From Podarcis melisellensis (taxonomy: Eukaryota): DNA of 64,000 bases. The position numbers and the translations under genes were made by a program. This document shows positions 61,301-64,000 of this stretch, in pieces. Below the pieces are notes generated by a model. That model was not told the DNA's origin. It searched no databases and worked only from the letters and a program-made list of their open reading frames with translations. Numbering within the stretch: the first letter of the stretch is position 1; every line of letters begins with the position of its first letter. The stretch lies in the NCBI GenBank assembly GCA_964234715.1, contig OZ174275.1. One strand, 5' to 3'.

Positions 61301-63966
61301 CTAACATGGGTCTCTGGCTGAGATTTCTGTTTTTCTCACATCTACTGGCTATATAGAAAGGTATTTCATTTCCATGGAGAATTAGGAGTGATTTTCCTCT
61401 ATCTATTATAGTATCATTACTCTGATCACCACGTCACCATGGAGGAGAACCCTGTTGACTTTCTTTTCCCAAGATCAAACACATCAATTTCCCCTATTTT
61501 TGCTCAAGTTGATGGAGTGGTGAAATTAACTGAGCCTTACCAAATGAACTTGGCCTAGTCAATTTCAGGAAACTTTTAAAAGTATGTCAGATGGTGGGGC
61601 TGTGCAAAGAGGGGAGTGGTTTTCTTATGAATATTTCAAACTCTTAAAATCAAAGCAGCAAACAGCAACACGAAAAGAAAAGAAAAGAAAAGAAAAACTG
61701 GCAGTATGACACAGAAGGATTTCTTGCACATGCATTGCAGTTATTTCCTGTAGTAAATAACAACGCATGTGAAAAAACAGATATCACAGATTTATCACTC
61801 AATACTGAGCTTTCATTTGACCCAGCAGCAACTGAAATGTCCTCAATGGATAAAGTTCACATATTTATTTCAGAATGATCAAATAGAATGATCATGACTG
61901 CATAAACAAGTTTTAAATTTATTTTTATTATATTTTGTTTTCATATTCACCAACAGCCAGTGCAAAATGGCAAGGAGGCTTAGAAGAGTGAATATCACAT
62001 TACAACCACTAGTACACAGCCTTGCACAGCCTTGGGGAATGAATTTGCTTTTAATTTGTAGAGGCATGCTCTAAGGGTTGTTCAAGTATTATCAATGATT
62101 AACATTCATCCTGAAGAGCAGCTCTGGAAAACTCAAAAGCTTGCTGGCTTGTAACTGTTTAACGGGTCCCAATAAAGGTGTTACCTTTCTATAGATTTTG
62201 GATTTTATCTAAACTTTTTGCATGATAAAAGTAGATGCCTTTCTGGCAATTATATTTATATTTTGTCACACTATTTATTTATGACCCCCACCAGATGAAA
62301 ATAATCATTTTCCCTTTCTTTAACCTAATAACACCAACCCAAATTCCTCCCAAGGCCCCAAACCTTCCATGTTCTAAACATTAATTCCTAACCCAATGTA
62401 CTGTCTTGCCTCTCAGATAGAAAACTCAGACCTCAAATTCCCCATATTCTTTCTCTACCTCTCGCAAAGGAGGTACACCCACCCACACCCTCAACATATA
62501 CACACAGGTCATGACATTTCCCCAGTTCATATTATATTATTTCACATCCCACTAGTCCACACTGACAATCTTTCCACATCAAAGGACCAAACATATAAAA
62601 TGCAGACTGTGTTCTAGAAGCCTATAATATGCATAGAAGTTCTACATAAATGAGCACAATCCAGCCAAAGTTAACAGTGATTGCAATGGGAGAGATATAA
62701 GTATGTACCTCTTTCGCTGCCCCATAACCCGCTCTGTAAGAGATAGATTTCTTCCAGAGTTGCTGAAAGGACAAGAGCACTGGTCAAATTTACAGAAAAA
62801 TTGACTTCCTATTTGCAAATAACAATGACAAGATCATTCAAAAATTGGCAGTGTTCACAGTAGCTTTGGCCTAAGCTAAACAAATGTATATAGATCCCCA
62901 TGTCTTTTATCTGCAGTACTGTACAGGCAATTTTTAGTATTTGTGCAGGTCAATGAACTCGTGAAATAATTTCATGATGTTTATTTCAGTCATGTTTTCA
63001 CGTTCTTTCCAACCATATCCTTCATTTAATTCCTGAAGTTGGTTTTATGTTTTTGTAAAAAATTACTTGGGTGCAAATTTGTCTTGCGTGTTTACCAATA
63101 CCCTGCTCAAAACCCCCACAACTTTATAACACATTGCATAATATTTGCAACAGCTCATAATAGGACAAATAAATATTTATTCTTCACTTTTCCACTGAAA
63201 TCAGTGAAACAAAGTGTTTAGCTGTGGCTGGATATGCTCAATACATATAATTATTCGTATAAAATATTGGCACTGTACAACTGGAAAACCAAACAGCATA
63301 TAAGAGACAACACTATAAACATAATATTGTGGGCTGCTTGACTGGAAGATATAAGTAAAAAAGCCAAAATGTTTTTTTTTGGGGGGGGGCGGGGAATTAC
63401 CTTGCAAATATGCAGAGCTAAAAAGGAATAAAAATGTTACCAGCCAATTCATAACTAGTATCCTAACTAACCCATGAGCTTTTAGGTTAATCATTTTTAT
63501 GCATCTAAAGCCAAAATCCAACTTTCTGCAGAAGGCCTACCCTCCTCCTCATGCCAGAAGAAACCTGCAAACAGGGTTTTTAAATAGCGCAATGTGAAGG
63601 AGAAAAAGGTTCAGTGAAGCAGCAGCGTCATGACACTCAGAATATGGTGAAAACAGCTTCCAAGAAGTCTACTATCTAATGGCCTTTGATGTTTACTGTA
63701 CACTTGCAGCTTCATTACAACACTTAGCAAGCATCTGCCAAGATGGTAGGACTGAAAGGAAAGGGATAAAAACCCACCTTTGCCTCAAAATGGGAGCAGG
63801 GGAGATCAGATATGCCCATTCTTTTGTCAGAAAGACAAAAGTTGTTGACAAGGACAAAAGGAGATTTAGAAGCATAGCTATAATTAAAACTATTACTGAT
63901 CCCCAGGGGGAAAAATCCTGGCAAATCCAAAAGCAAATGGAGGCATGACAAATATATACACACATA

Positions 63967-64000
63967 AAGTGGTACCTCTGGTTACGAACTTAATTCATTC
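63967..64000. mobile_element. Start of another Tc1/mariner MITE, cut by the window edge
   Basis: TA followed by aagtggtacctctggttacgaacttaattcattc. Confidence 0.7.

Noticed and set aside
1-64000. ORF-track entries as host protein-coding genes
   Set aside because: All are short (179 aa or less). None resembles a cellular protein I recognise, and the informative ones are LINE or Gypsy remnants or microsatellite artefacts.

Overview
AT-rich, non-coding vertebrate DNA from a squamate reptile. The Sauria SINE copies look like the lacertid (Podarcis-like) type. I found no recognisable host protein-coding exon. The ORF-track entries are short and are either chance ORFs or pieces of decayed L2, L1 and Gypsy elements. 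The window alternates between two kinds of sequence. One is transposon debris: Sauria SINEs with TSDs, tRNA- and 5S-derived SINEs, L2/CR1/L1/Penelope-like fragments, a Gypsy-like integrase relic, many Tc1/mariner and hAT MITEs, and microsatellites. The other is apparently repeat-free, TAAT-rich islands that look like conserved non-coding elements of a large intron or gene desert. The host gene and its strand could not be determined. The most striking unexplained signal is a long-range inverted repeat in unique sequence. Positions 56678-56713 and 57393-57428 are perfect reverse complements (36/36) about 680 nt apart, with degenerate extensions outward and inward. It has no TSD, encloses a hairpin, and overlaps a GCAUG cluster. 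It is a candidate long-range RNA duplex (RNA bridge or ADAR substrate) or an inverted twin enhancer module. Family assignments come from recognising the sequence, not from a database search.
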